A DNA stretch of 64,000 nucleotides from contig NC_043007.1 in assembly GCF_006345805.1 (NCBI RefSeq), forward strand, positions 73,656,001-73,720,000. Reading direction: 5' to 3'. This document shows, piece by piece, positions 1 through 13,915 of the stretch. The translations under genes and the position numbers were made by a program. This DNA is from Octopus sinensis (taxonomy: Eukaryota). The first letter of the stretch is position 1, and every line of letters begins with the position of its first letter. The notes beneath the pieces were generated by a model, which worked only from the letters and a program-made list of their open reading frames with translations, searched no databases and was not told where the DNA came from.

Positions 1-1639
1 CACCTACACACACATCACACATGCTCACTGCTATTGGTGAGGTTTTCCCTCACTCGTCCATCACCACCACTGTTACTGCTGCTATTGTTGTCATCTCTGA
101 CATCAACTACAGCTGTACTTTAGCAACTATATAGATCTTCTAAACCAGTTCTTTTTCTGTTTTCATGCTTGTGGAAAATACTGGGTATTGATCTGTTACC
201 ATTAGGAGCAGCAGGGGTAGTGTCTGGATAAAGAGCTCACTGACTGACTGCATCATCATTATTATTATTATTCAAACACAGCCCACTACCACTACTACAA
301 TTACTACTACTATCACAATGCAACAGCAACAAGCTAAAATAGGTTTTGTTCCACATCAGACAATCTTTTAAGCTAATAATAACTGCTAACCTTATTACTC
401 ACACTTCAATTATTAACCACCTGGTGTTAATATGTTTAGTAATCATTTTTGAGTAACTTTTATTACAACTTATCCCGTTTGATAGAAGCTGGGTTATTGT
501 TATTATCTCTTAATATTTCCATATCTTTAGCTGAACTTTTTAATCCTCTTTCAGTTGTCATAATCACTTTGTTGATATCTATGGAAAATTAGTGTTCAAT
601 GACATTAGGAAAATATGTTGTTGTCAGTTAATAAGTTCTTCCTATTGACAAAATAATTTAGGTAAGCCAGCATATTTTGTTGTGTACCTGAACATGGTGT
701 TACACTCTCATCTGGTTTTCTGGTCAGCTACACTTCAGATGAACAAGCTGTCATACTTCTCTTTTATTCTGGGTTTAGTTTGAGTATATTTTTTATGTAT
801 TTTATTTTATATATTGCTTTCACAGGAAATTTTATTCTTTTGTGAATTTTTATTTTTACAAGATAAATAATCTTCATTATCTATTTTCATTTCCTTTAAC
901 GATAAAATGACTAGTTTGAGCTGAGTGTATTATAATGTTCGGTTTAAATTTAAACTATCAGTAAATAATTCACAGCTATTGTTTACAGTAACCTGGTGTA
1001 TTTTGTTTTCATTTCATTTATATTTGGAAAATTTTGATCCAGAAGAAGCAAGAAAGAGACTTGTTTCATGTTTTTAGGCATTAAAACATTCAGCTTGGTG
1101 TTTAAAATTTCACAATTTCAACTTTAAAAAAAGGAATAAGTTTGATTTGAGATTAGACAAAATCCTGATATTATTTACAAGTTTCAATATATTAAAATAT
1201 TGTATTCCAATTTTATTCCATTTTATTATTTTGCCGTTATTTCTTAATTTCCGGACTGCATTAAAAGAGTTAATGGATTTTTAAAGAAATGAGATTTGAA
1301 GCACTTAGAAATTTTTGTGATTATTTTTTTAAAACAAAACCCAATTTCCCTGTTTAACCATGGTGAAATTAAATACAAATTAAAACTTGTTATTTGCTGT
1401 GACTAGTATGAACAAACAAGATAATGAACCGGTTATCACCCAACCATAGATAAAGTGGCGGAAGTTAAATCTACTTTAATAAATTAAGTTATTGTTCTGG
1501 TTGTTTAGCTCTGTTTATCAAGATGGATTTGCGTGTAGCATTCTTCCTTTCACCTGAAACACTGTGGAGTAGCTGGGATTACTTGCTGGATGAGCAGCAG
1601 TGTTTCTGCTACTACATTTAATGACAACAACAAACATGG

Positions 1640-1794
1640 ATGGACTGGATATTCCAACACAAACTTTCTATAGTTCTCAATGTAGAGCCGTCGTTCGTCT
1701 TGTTGATTAGATTCACATCAGTGATCCTGCAGCATACCTCAGTGTCCGTTATGGGGGATAACGAGGCTTCATCTATACTGTTGTCTCCTTGTCA
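1640..1794 (+). other. Candidate alternative first coding exon of LNX (ATG 1640 or 1751; MGDNEASSILLSPC-Q)
   Basis: Open frame ending at donor CA|GTGAGT (1795), phase 2, compatible with exon 22196; lies in a repeat-free 1.8 kb; no transcript evidence. Confidence 0.35.
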
Positions 1795-1986
1795 GTGAGT
1801 ATCTCGTTATTTCATGATCGTTATTATTATTCATTTATTGACATGAATATTTCATAAAGCTGTTTATAAATAGCAGTCCCAGATTGATTTGTATTGTATA
1901 CTCAGCATTTCATCATTGGGGTAAATTGGATATTGCCTTCTATATGTATATACATACATATATATACATATATATATTCGTTTATG

Positions 1987-2394
1987 TTCTTTTGTTCTTT
2001 TACTTGTTTCAGTCATTTGACTGCGGCCATGCTGGAGCACCGCCTTTAGTCTAGCAAATCGACCCCGGGACTTATTCTTTGTAAGCCCAGTACTTATTCT
2101 ATCGGTCTCTTTTGCCGAACCGCTAAGTTACGGGGATGTAAACACACCAGCATCGGTTGTCAAGCAATGCTAGGGGGACAAACACAGACAAACATACACG
2201 CACACATATATATATATATACACATATATACGATGGGCTTCTTTCAGTTTCCGTCTACCAAATCCACTCACAAGGCATTGGTCGGCCCGGGGCTATAGCA
2301 GAAGACACTTGCCTAAGATGCCACGCAGTGGGACTGAACCTAGAACCATGTGGTTGGTTAGCAAGCTACTTACCACATAGCCACTCCTGCGCCT
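1987..2394 (-). mobile_element. tRNA-derived SINE family A, full length
   Basis: Reverse strand reads AGGCGCAGGAGTGGCTATGTGGTAAG (A box)...GGTTCAGTCCC (B box)...GGATTTGGTAGACGGAAACTG...tail AAACAAGTAAAAG; more than 10 copies in window. Confidence 0.9.
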
Positions 2395-4471
2395 ATATTT
2401 TATATATATATAAAAATTTTAAATGAGAGTGAGAAATTAGATATTAATTTAATTAACATCGATTTCACACCAGTGGTCTAGCATATAAAAAAACTGAAGG
2501 TTCAGTAAAATTGTATTATATACATATTAGAGGGAGTCCACTATGAAAAACGTACCGGCTTTGCATTTGTTACTCCTCCCTTCATATTCCAAACCTTGTC
2601 CCTATATTAGAAAGTATTATTATTATTATTGAGTGGGAGCAGTGCATGCTATTGAAGTGACACTGGGGTAAAATATACAAAGCCCAGTATACCCATCATG
2701 ACACCCTTTTGCTACCATAGTGGATCTATTTCTAGCATAAGGGTGTCCACATAGTGGTTTCCCTCTCTCTATATATATGTATATATATGAAGAGAGTGAG
2801 AGAGAGTGTGTGTGTATGTTAAAGGAAACAAAACCAGTTGAGTAAATTTTTCATGAAGAGGAAATATAAATTCTAATAAAAATATTACAGTAATGTTTGT
2901 CGCAGTAGATTCCTTCCCTTACATAAAGTTTGGATGTATGCATATATCTATGTTTGCATCATTGTATCTGTGTATGGATGAATGAATGAATATATGCCTG
3001 TATATATGTATGGATAGTTGTACGTATTCATGTAGGTATGTTGAATAGTTGTATATATGTAAGTATGCAAACGCGTGTGTATATATTTATATGTATTTGT
3101 GTGTATTTATGTGTGTGTGTGTATGTTTGCTTGACATGGTGATGGCTTTAAGCGAAGATCACTGTCATTACAAGCAATGTTGTTCATGTTCATTTTTCCT
3201 TGTAAAATATGCCTCAAAAATATTACCTGGCTTAGAAGCCAGTGAGGGTTGGGGACTGGAAGGGCATCAGGCCTTAGAAAATTTGCCTCACCAGAATTCT
3301 GTCTGACTCATGCAAGAATGGAAAAGTGGATGTGTGTTTCTACATTGTACACAATGTAAAAAAAAAAAACACAAATTTATGAGATTTACACACTACTTTT
3401 ACCAGTGATGTACCTGGAGTTTCTGTACATGTGGTCTTATTGTATGTATACATATCTAGTATGTATGTGCATATGTGTATATATCTATCTGTTTATCCAC
3501 ACACACACATATATATATACTGTAAGTTTAGAGTGAATACTTGATAAGTGTAAGCACCTGTATAAAGCTTGAAACACGTGTATCGCGATATCCTTTGTGT
3601 TGTGTTTTTAATTTATGTTTGATATATATATAAACTCAAATATGGGTACAAACTGGTACCCCCCCCACTTCATTTTTTCTTTGTGACTCTCCCCAAATTT
3701 CTTTGTAATATTTGATAAGATGAATACATCTAAACTGGTTATATTTTATTAAATATTTTCTAAAATGTACTCCTGTGACTTTTCTAACTTTGTTTATCTT
3801 TTTAACTATACATATATCCTTATCAATGTATGTATATAGATTTGTATGTGTATATATATTTACATATTTACTTGTATATATGTGTATATATATATGTGTG
3901 CAAAGGTATATATATATATATGTAGATATAAGCATGTTTCCCTTTTAGTTTTATATTGTGTGTAGCCACCTTTATTATTTTATAGATATAAGTATATATA
4001 TGTGTGTGTATTTATTATATTTATGTATGTATAGATTGAAACAGCAAACAGTAATTTTTCTGAACTGGTGTATTTCATACCCTTTATCACTGAAGCGAAT
4101 TTCTTTCCAAAAACAATTTCCACAGCGAGGGTGTTTCCATATATATATGTTTACAACTGTGTTAAATATAATTGTATTCACATATATTTCATTCATTACT
4201 GCTTTGTGTGCTTCTAGTTAATTAGTAACAGCTTGACAAACCTTTGCACATGTCAGCAAATTTACTATTTGCTCTTTAAATAAAAGAATAGCAGCTCTTA
4301 CTGGGCTGTACACACTCAATTTGGTGACAATGTGTAATAATGCACAGATGTGTCCTACAATTGAACGACGTTATTCATGGCATAGTGATGTGTTTTCTAC
4401 ATACATTGTCACTAAGGTGAATTTCTTTCCCAAGACAGTTTCCACTATTAAATGTACATGGAACATGTTAA

Positions 4472-4680
4472 CCCCTTAGTATTTTAACCGGCCAAAATAG
4501 CTAGTCTGTTTTATGTTCAAACTGACCAGATCCAGGCTCTCACACCTACCCTACAATGTTATTCTACATTAAGTAATTACACCATCAAGATCTTGAAGAT
4601 ATGAGATAATGCGTGATCAATTCAAATCAATGGGAATCAATAGGCATTATGCTTGATTGAATAATCTGAACACTAAAGGG
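4472..4680. mobile_element. piggyBac-like MITE
   Basis: TTAA|CCCCTTAG ... CTAAAGGG|TTAA termini. Confidence 0.7.
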
Positions 4681-4774
4681 TTAAACATATTTGATGATGT
4701 TTATGAATTGTACACACCTATATTTCAATCAACATTGCTTAGTGTTCCCCTTGTTAGCATAATATATTGTGCTA

Positions 4775-4992
4775 GGGGTGGTGAGCTGGCAGAGTTGTTA
4801 CCGTGCTGTGCAAAATGCTTAGTGTCATTTTGTCTGTCTTCGTGTTCTGATTTCAAATACTGCTGAGGTCATCTTTGCCTTTTGTCCTTTCAGGGTTGAT
4901 AAAATAAGCACCAGTTTAGTACTGGGATTAATGTAATATAACTTAACCCCTTCCTCTGAAATTTCTGGCCTTGTGCCAAAATTCAAAACCAA
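4775..4992 (+). mobile_element. SINE family B (tRNA-like head, Deu/Nin-like core), degenerate
   Basis: GGTGGTGAGCTGGCAGA head and TTTGCCTTTTGTCCTTTCAGGGTTGATAAAATAAG core. Confidence 0.75.
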
Positions 4993-5109
4993 TACAATAT
5001 ATTGTTCATACAATATATATTCATTGCACACTCATCCAAATCTCCTATACCTATGCAGCCAATTCTCTCTGTCATTCTTGTATGTTGGAATTTCTTACAC
5101 CTTGGATTA

Positions 5110-5417
5110 TGTTGTTGTTTGTTCCTTCTTGAGCCATGCCTGGCTCATAAGGGCCGGTTTTCCGGTTTCTTGGCATATAGGTTTCCAACCTGGATGGGAC
5201 GTCGGTCTGTCGCAGGTGAGCTGCAAGATGCAGGAGGAAAGAGTGAGAGAAAGTTGTGGCGAAAGAGTCAGCAGAAGTTCGCCATTACCTTCTGCCGGAG
5301 CCGCGTGGAGCTTAGGTGTTTCGCTCATAAACACCCACATCACCCGGTCTGAGATTCGAACCGGCGATCCCTCGACTGCAAGTCCGCTGCTCTAACCACT
5401 AGGCCATGTGCCTCCAC
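5110..5417 (-). mobile_element. tRNA-derived SINE family D (CORE-like) with 13-bp TSD
   Basis: TSD ACACCTTGGATTA at 5097-5109 and 5418-5430; A box TGGCCTAGTGG and B box GGTTCGAATC on the minus strand. Confidence 0.85.
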
Positions 5418-5446
5418 ACACCTTGGATTACTATTTCTTGCACCTA

Positions 5447-6670
5447 TAAGAGTCAGCTGAATAGTTCATAGCCTCCAAGATACTCTCATGGAATGTGACC
5501 AAATGAGGTTTATTTTTCAACACAGTCTCTCTTGTGGTCAATACACTTCTTCCATCAGTGTTGCAGTGCTTGAATCCTATTGGTGAAGAAGCTTTCATCC
5601 TGTTTATCAAAAAAGTCATCAACAGCAGATATGATGTCATCATCACTATGATATTGGTTCCCAGCTGAGTATTTTTTCATGTTGGGGAACAGATGATTGT
5701 CAGATGGGGCCAAATCATGAGAATAGGGAGGATGATCAACTAGTTCAAAGCAAGGACATGTGTACTGAAACATTTTGCCTGATGAAACAAGATCCTGTTC
5801 GTTAGTTTTCCTGAGTGTTTGGTCTTGATAGACTTTCATAACTGTCTCAGTAAGTTGGCATAGTACTATCCATTGATGGTTTGGCCTTTTTAAAGATAGT
5901 CAGTAAACACAGTGCCTTTTGCATCCCAAAACACTGTGGCCATCACCTTTCCTGCAGTTGAAACAATCTTTGGAGCAGGTGAGGAGGGGTGTTTCCGCTG
6001 CATGGATTGTCTCTGGCTCAAAGTAATGAACCCAACACTCATCCTGGGTTAGGAAAACCAGCTGTCTCAAACAATATAAGATTTTCCATTGATGTGATTA
6101 GCCTGGTGTGCTTTTGATCAGGTGTCAGATGTGGAACCCACTGAGCAAAAACGTTCATTATGCCAAGTTCATTGTGCAGAATATTCTCAACTCTCTCACA
6201 GAATATGTTAATAGCACTGGCTATTTGATTTATTGTCAATCACCTGTCATCCATCACCATGTGGTGAACACGATCAATGTTTTCCTTGATAGTGGCACTT
6301 GCAAGACGTCCAGACATCAGGTCATCTTCAAGACCCTCTCTTCCTCTCCTAAATTCAGCTGCCCATTTCTGCACTGTTGGCAAAGCTTGTGTGTCATCCC
6401 CTAATATAGCAACCATGATAACATGAATGTCCTTTGGGGGCTAAACCCTTTTTCTGCAGGTACTTGATAAGACCATGATGCCAAATTTGATCCATTTTCA
6501 AGTGAAGTCACTACTAGTTTTGAAGTTTTCTTTAAACAGTCAGATATCAGTTTACCTGGGAAGATACAATGCAGTTATCAATAAGAAGAGTTGAAATTAA
6601 TGCATGCAGGATATCACAGTTCTAGCATCATTCTTCATAGTCAGCCTGTGAACTTTTCAGCCCACCCTCA
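5447..6670 (-). mobile_element. Decayed mariner transposon, about 1.2 kb
   Basis: Minus-strand ORF fragments with WVPHLT and HPPYSHDLAPSDNHLFPNMKK motifs; degenerate TIRs near 5447-5475 and 6643-6670. Confidence 0.88.
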
Positions 6671-7254
6671 CATTTTACAGCTTCACTTTGAATTGTTCAT
6701 CACCACAATTTTCCGCAACACTTCTTACACCTTTTCCCCACCCTCTCACACTTTTCTCTCTACAATGTCTCCCTTTACTCTCTTCCTCACTTCTTTTCCC
6801 TCTTCATCTCCCCTTTTTCTTTACTCCATCACCAGGCCAGGCCTTCATCCTTTCTGCAAGAATCTACTCCTCCACCAGCTGACACAATTCCTCTCTACTT
6901 TCTCTCATTAATCTTTGGAATCCTCAGTTCTCTTCTCATCGTTCCAGCCATTGCCTCCACCATCACCCCATCCTCTGTAGTTTCAGGCCACCCCGCCTCA
7001 TACTCTTCCCCATCACTGAGCCTTTTCTTGCTCATTCTTCTCATCTCCCACCACACTATTATCTCCCATTGTCAGTCACTCTTTCTACCACTCCTCACTT
7101 CCTCTCATTCCATCCTTCCCTGAATCTGCCCCCTGGACTACCCCCCTCTCTCTCTCTCTGTGTCCTACTTCCTTCTCTCTTCGTGTCCCACCACTTGCCC
7201 CAGTCATTCTTCTCTTCATTCTACACCTCAACCATCACCTCTTTGACTTTCTTT

Positions 7255-7462
7255 TCTACTCTAGGCACAAGGCCTGAAATTTTAGAGGAGGATTCCAGTC
7301 GATTAGATCGACCTCAGTATGCAACTGGTACTTAATTTATCAACCCAGTAAGGACGAAAGGCTAAGTCGACCTTGGTGGAATTTGAACTCAGAACGTAAA
7401 GCCAGACGAAATACTGCTAAGCATTTCGTCCAGCGTGCTAATGTTTCTACCAGCTCACCGCC
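7255..7462 (-). mobile_element. SINE family B
   Basis: Reverse complement of the family B head and core. Confidence 0.8.
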
Positions 7463-9014
7463 TCTTTGACTTTCTTGCCCACCAAAAACTGCAAATGCCA
7501 CTCTCTATTCCACTTCACTTTGTAGCAACACTCCATCCTAATCTCTCATCCCTTACACCCACCCTCAACCATCCCTTCTACCACTCACCTCCCCCTCAAC
7601 GCACTGTAGGGATTATACCACTCGACCTTCCACTTGGTCTCTGCTTTGTGCTTTCACATCTTTTGGTGATGAATTTTGAACCCATATCAGCAATGACCAG
7701 TTCCTGCCCTGCACAAAAGTATCTACAATCTTCCAAGTTTCTCCACACCTACTCAACAATCAGGATTGATTCTCTGCCCTGGGTCACTGACCATCCAGAT
7801 GAAGACTGCCAGTTCAGGATCATGGATGTGGTTGTGTGGTTAACAAACTTTCTTTCCAATCAAATGGTTTCAGGTTCTGTCCCACGTTGTGGAAACTTGG
7901 GCACGTGTCTTCTACTGTAGTCCCAAGTTGACCAAAGCCTTGTGAGTGGATTTGGTAGATAGAAACTGAAAGATGTCTGTTGTGTATATATATTTATGTG
8001 TGTGTGTGTGAGTTTGTGTATCTTTATATCTCTTTGGTTTGGTATTGCTCTGTCTGAGCCATGCAAGCATGGAAAAGTGGACACACACATGATAGATCTC
8101 CTGTTGATTTTGTATAAATTCTAGTTGTTCAGTCAACTGGTTGGCTTACTCATTGAGCATTTTACAAGTATGTATGTTCCTGTGTAACTTTTGAGTGCAA
8201 TCAGCTGTCACAACTTCCACTGGTGCACATGCAGAAATCAATTGTCATTTCCACCCCCAATGTATATAGATTTTGCTTCAACCATTACTATTTCCAAATG
8301 TGGTTCTGCGGCTACATATAGTTAGGAATGAGACCAAATGGACACAAGAAGTGGCTAAAATAAAGTCAGAAAACAAAAAGAAAATGTAACAAGGTCTCTT
8401 GTGTGTAAGAAAAAAAATGAGACAGAGGTAAAGAGATTGTTAGGGCACATGCATATATTTCATTACCATTTTCATCTTTTAGTCCCCATATTCCATGCTA
8501 GCAAGGGTTGGATGATTTGGCAGGATCCAACAAGTTAGAGGACTGTTTCAAGTGCCAGTGTCTGTTTTTGGCATGACTTCTATGGCTTGATGCCCTTTTT
8601 ATCATCAACCATTTAGAAAGGTGTACTGGATGCTTTTCCATGTCACTGGCACTACTGAAGTCACCAAGTAGCTTGCAAGACAAGGGCCCTTGATTGAAGG
8701 GTGGGGTGTAGTATTACTTGTTTTAGTCATTAGACTGTGGCCACGCTGGGGCACCACCTTGAAGAATTCTTAGTCAAATGAATCGATCCCAGTACTTATT
8801 TTTATCAAAGCCTGGTACTTAGTCTATTGGTCTTTTTTGCTTAAGTGCTAAGTTACAGGGACGTAAATACACCAACACCAGTTGTCAGGTGGTGATGGAC
8901 ACACACACACACACACACACATGAATGGAAAAAGGGAGTCTCCCAAGTGAACCCAGCAAAGGGACCAGCTATCCTAGTTGACAGCAACATGATAAATAAG
9001 GCAATATACATATA

Positions 9015-9390
9015 TTCTTTTACTTGTTCCAGTCATTCGACTGTGGCCATACTGGAGCACCGCCTTTAGTTGAGCAAATTGACCCCAGGACTTATTCTTT
9101 GTAAGCCTAGCACTTATTCTATCAGTCTCTTTTGCTGAACTGCTAAGTTACAGGGATGTAAGCACACCAGCATCAGTTGTCAAGTGATGTTGGGGGAACA
9201 AACACAGACACACAAATGCATGCACACTTGTGCACACTCACATATGAAGTGCCTCTTTTAGTTTTCATCTACCAAATCCACTCACAAAGCTGCGGTTGGT
9301 CCAAGGCTATAGTAGAAGACACTTGCCCAAGGTGCCACCAACCATGTGGTTGGTAAGTAAGCTACTTACCACACAGCCACTCCTGCACCT
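9015..9390 (-). mobile_element. SINE family A
   Basis: Colinear with 1987-2394. Confidence 0.85.
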
Positions 9391-9406
9391 ATATATATAT
9401 ATATAC

Positions 9407-9600
9407 CGGAGTAAACACATAAATGTGAAACAAGGTGGAAAAAAGAGTACTCAAATACCAGAGGTAGAGTAATATTCTTTATTTAAAAGCAGCAGAAATT
9501 TAACAAAAGCTGTTACTCGGAGTTTCACGTTCCCATTTGAACAAAAATGTGAAACTCTGAGTAACAGCTTTTGTTTAATTTCTGCTGCTTTTAAATAAAG
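9407..9600. repeat. Inverted-arm element in (TA)n, likely a PLE terminus
   Basis: Arms 9477-9528 and 9549-9600; each carries GAAACTC(C/T)GAGTAACAG. Confidence 0.65.
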
Positions 9601-9641
<41 letters not shown>

Positions 9642-10864
9642 GATTTTCAAATACACCTCTTTCTTCAGAGTTATATATTTCGATGATATTGATCAGTTTT
9701 TCTATGTTAGATATTTGAAAATCTCCCTGCCAAATAATAACCAAATAGATCTATATAGCTATTTATTTATTTATCTATGTAAGAACTGACAACAAAACAC
9801 ACAAAAAGGCAGCTGTAAATAGCTTTTAGAACCTATGAGCGTTGAATTTATTTGAAAATCCAATAATTATCATTAGTGACGATATATTGTATTGATGAAC
9901 CCATTAACATCACATGTTTGTGTCAATATCATTGTGTACTTGATAGAACTGTAAACAATCTTCTGATGTTACGTTGAGTACAAACAACTTTGCAGTGTGG
10001 ATGAATTCAGGTGATGCCAAGACGGGGCCTGTATCAATTTATGTTGCCATATATCTAACAGATATCTATAAAACCGATAGCATTAAGAAGACTTCCAACT
10101 GAATAAATATTCAGCATTTTCTCTGTCCGTCCATCTGTCTGTCCCACTGCCTCTCTCCCTTTCTTTAAGCCAAAGCTGCCCATAAATAGGATGGCTATGA
10201 CTGCAGATGCCTATCAACATGCATCAGCTTGCTCAGGTTGTGTGTTTTCATTGAAACACTTAATGTAAAACTCAACAATATCACCAATATTGATTGAAGC
10301 CAACTTGCCTGGCTTGGTTTAATCATCTTGCACCTGTATGCCCATCTCTTCACTCATTCTTGATACCTTACTTGCTATGCTTTTGGAGTGAACCCAGGCC
10401 CTCATGGTTATTAAGCAGACCATGCTTTTAAAAATTATGACCATTCGTTCTCTTATATTTCATGATAAGTGCAGATGTGGTCTGCTTCCAAACCACATGG
10501 TTTCAAATTCAGTCCCACTACATAACACCTTAGGCAAGTGTCTCCTTCTATAAAGAAGCCTGCCATGTGTTTGTATGTGTATGTCGAATATATATCATCA
10601 TCATTTAGTGTCTGCTTTCCATGTTAGCATGGGTTAGATGGTTTGACTGAAATTGGTAAGCTGTAGGGCTACATCAGATTCCAATCTGATTTGGCATGGT
10701 TACTACAGCTGGATGCCCTTCCTAACAACAACCACTTCAAGGATGTAATGGATGCTTTTTTCGTGCCAATTTTGTGACACTGGCATATCGCCAAAGGTCT
10801 TGGTCACTTACTATCATCATCATTATCATCAACATCCGTTTTCCATGCATGGGTTGAACTATAT

Positions 10865-10914
<50 letters not shown>

Positions 10915-11395
10915 ATATAAATTTTATTTTGTAATGAGATGAAAAAAACTAAGGCTGTGTAGATTTTAGAACATTTGTAGATATAAATAAAATTTTTATA
11001 TACACATGCTGACATATGATCAATGTTGAGCCCCTTATTCGCACAATCACCAAACCTGGAACTTAACTGCGGTCCATCTATAGCACTTATTCAGCATTAC
11101 CTGACACCTTTGGGTCTCAATGATACCATTACCTCTCATAACCTATATATATATATATATATAAATAACATTAATATCCAGCAAGAATAAAGCACCATAT
11201 AGGTAGAATTATAAATATATAAAGCAGGTGTACACAAAGTACGATCATTGCTAGAAATAGCAGCCTGTAAATATTCAGTGAAGCTCTACATAGTGCCATA
11301 AACTTACTGGCTGCTGTTTCTAGCAATGATTGTACTTCATGTACACCTGCTTTATATATTCATATCTATTGTTTATATTTATATGTGTGTGTGTG

Positions 11396-11537
<142 letters not shown>

Positions 11538-11955
11538 AATTGAGAAAGGGCTTGTAAATGCAACCCTCTATGGGATAACGTATATCCAATATACTGTTAG
11601 TGAAGTACCCAACAAAGTTAATACATAAATGTTAATGATTGCGATGCAATCATTTCATTTACTGTATTATATGGGCAAAGGTAAAATGATTTACCACAAA
11701 TTACTAATACAAGATAAGAAAATGGAGAAATACATCTGAATCAAATATCAATTACCAGATAATACTCAATCAGATACTTTATTAAACCACCACATAAGAG
11801 ACTGTAGGGTTAAATATAAAAAGCAGAACAAATCAGTGTACATAAAGGAATGTACATAAAAAAGTGTACATAAAAGAGTAATGTTGTATAATAATTAGAA
11901 TATATATAAAAAAAGAATATAAATACAAGTAAATATAAATATAAGTATAAATTAG

Positions 11956-12082
11956 ATCTTACAGCTGTTTCGGCCATGTCGATAATTATGTCTCATTTTA
12001 CCAATATTAGCCCTTTATGGTTGGTCAATATATAGATATAAATGAGACATTAACAAAAATATCACAAGGCCTCTTCGGAAAT
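11956..12082 (-). ncRNA. Degenerate hammerhead-like motif with long stem II
   Basis: Minus strand: AUUU-CCGAAGA-GGCC...GGCC-GAAACAGCUGUA-AGAU; internal AUGUCUCAUUU/AAAUGAGACAU helix. Confidence 0.55.
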
Positions 12083-12750
12083 TATGTAATATAACACAGT
12101 CTACACATATACCCACATGAGTGTGGGTGCGTACCCACAATACAACATATATATATACATATGAGTGCATATACTCACACTCCTATACATATAAAAAAAT
12201 ATACATTTACATAATGATATAAATAAATAATATAAATTAGTAAACATATATGTGTTCCACACCCAATGTCTCAGTTTTTTGACTTAATATTGTGATAATA
12301 AACATACACAAATTAATACCTAGATGTAAATATACATAGTCAATAGTACATTATATTACTTCATAATAGTTTCCAAAGTGTCATTAAAGTTAGTATCATT
12401 ATCGTTGTCAATACAATTAATGTTATCATTCATAATATTATTAATAACTCTTACATTATGATGCAGAGCAGAATATATGTATGTCTGTGTTCCAGTTAAT
12501 AATTTTCATTATGGCATAAATATACTATTGGATTTGAATTTAAAATTATCATTATCTTCCTCACAGTTGGTCAATTGAGAACCGCCCGACCTCCACCACA
12601 CCGTACAAGCAAAACATCCACATCCAACCCTAAACCCACACATCCACACAGAGATGTACACACACATGAATACACCCCGACACACCTCTACAATAAATTG
12701 GAGAGTGCATGTCTGTCATAGAACTCAAAGTATATATATATATTTATTAA

Positions 12751-13244
12751 CCCTTTGTGGGCTGGCTGGATTGGAATTACACAAAAGACCTTTGGGGTCC
12801 ACTTTTGTTTTTGCATATTTCTGCACTATCCATAAAGTAACATTTGTTTAATCTTGTATATATATGTGAGTGTATGATACAGAACAAGAAATTTAGCACT
12901 TTTTTATAGTTTTATAAACTATACATATAGCACTAAACATAAAATAAAACAAAAAGAATAAATGAAAAAAGTATATCGATTTATACCTGTACAAATATGA
13001 AGAAAATTGACTTATAGTTCATCAGAATATCTGAAAAAAGAACAGAAAAAAATTTCATTGAAGGCCAATGGGGTCTAGTTGAACCCCAGTGACCATATTT
13101 TATGCTACAACATCCATGTAACTGGAAGTTTTTAGCTCAAAATTTGTATGTGCGTACATAAAATCATTTAAATAAAAAACATAAAAGTTGCGTAGCTTTT
13201 AAAATTTGCTGGGGTTCCAAGGGACCCCACTGGCCTATGATGGG
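12751..13244. mobile_element. piggyBac-like MITE
   Basis: TTAA|CCC ... GGG|TTAA with degenerate TIRs. Confidence 0.65.
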
Positions 13245-13915
13245 TTAATATTTAGCAGATCCAACAGAGTGACACCAGAGTCGGGAGTTTACTGCACACA
13301 TACATACATGTGTTTTGTACATGTTTGTATGTTTTTATATCATTGATCTTGACATTGTTTGATAGTTGTAAATGATTATCACTGTCATACAAGCAGTGTC
13401 ATTCGTTTCCGGTATTCTGTGGAGACATGCCTGGCAATTGGGAAATATTACCTTACTTGGAATCAGGTGATGGTTGGCAATGAGAACGGCAACTGGCCAT
13501 AGAAAATCTGCCTGATAAACTCTGTTCCACCCATACAACCTGAATGTTAAATTGATGGTGATGATGAAGATGATGATGATTTGCTAATTTCCTGGCCTTA
13601 AGTTTTTCATTACTTCTCACTCACACCGCTATCTTTATGAAAAAGAAATCACGTTCCTTTTATTCTTAGTGCTATTCTTTCCTTCACTAATATATTAAAC
13701 ATGTTTTCTAAATTGGCTATGGTTTTTATGCTTGTGTTGTTTTTCTATTACAGCATTGGTTTGATGTTGTTTTATTTTTAAAATAATGGAAAAAATAATA
13801 TCTTTACTGTAAACAGTGTGAATTTTATTAAATAACTTTTCTTACTTCTAAAGGCATTTGTGTTTACACAGTGAAATATATTTCTTTACTTATACAGTCT
13901 CAGTAAAAATTGAAA

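Noticed and set aside
3535-3590. Hammerhead candidate UUGAUAA...AAGC/GCUU-GAAACACGUGUA
   Set aside because: Suggestive core and palindrome, but stem I does not form adjacent to the core and extra bases precede stem II
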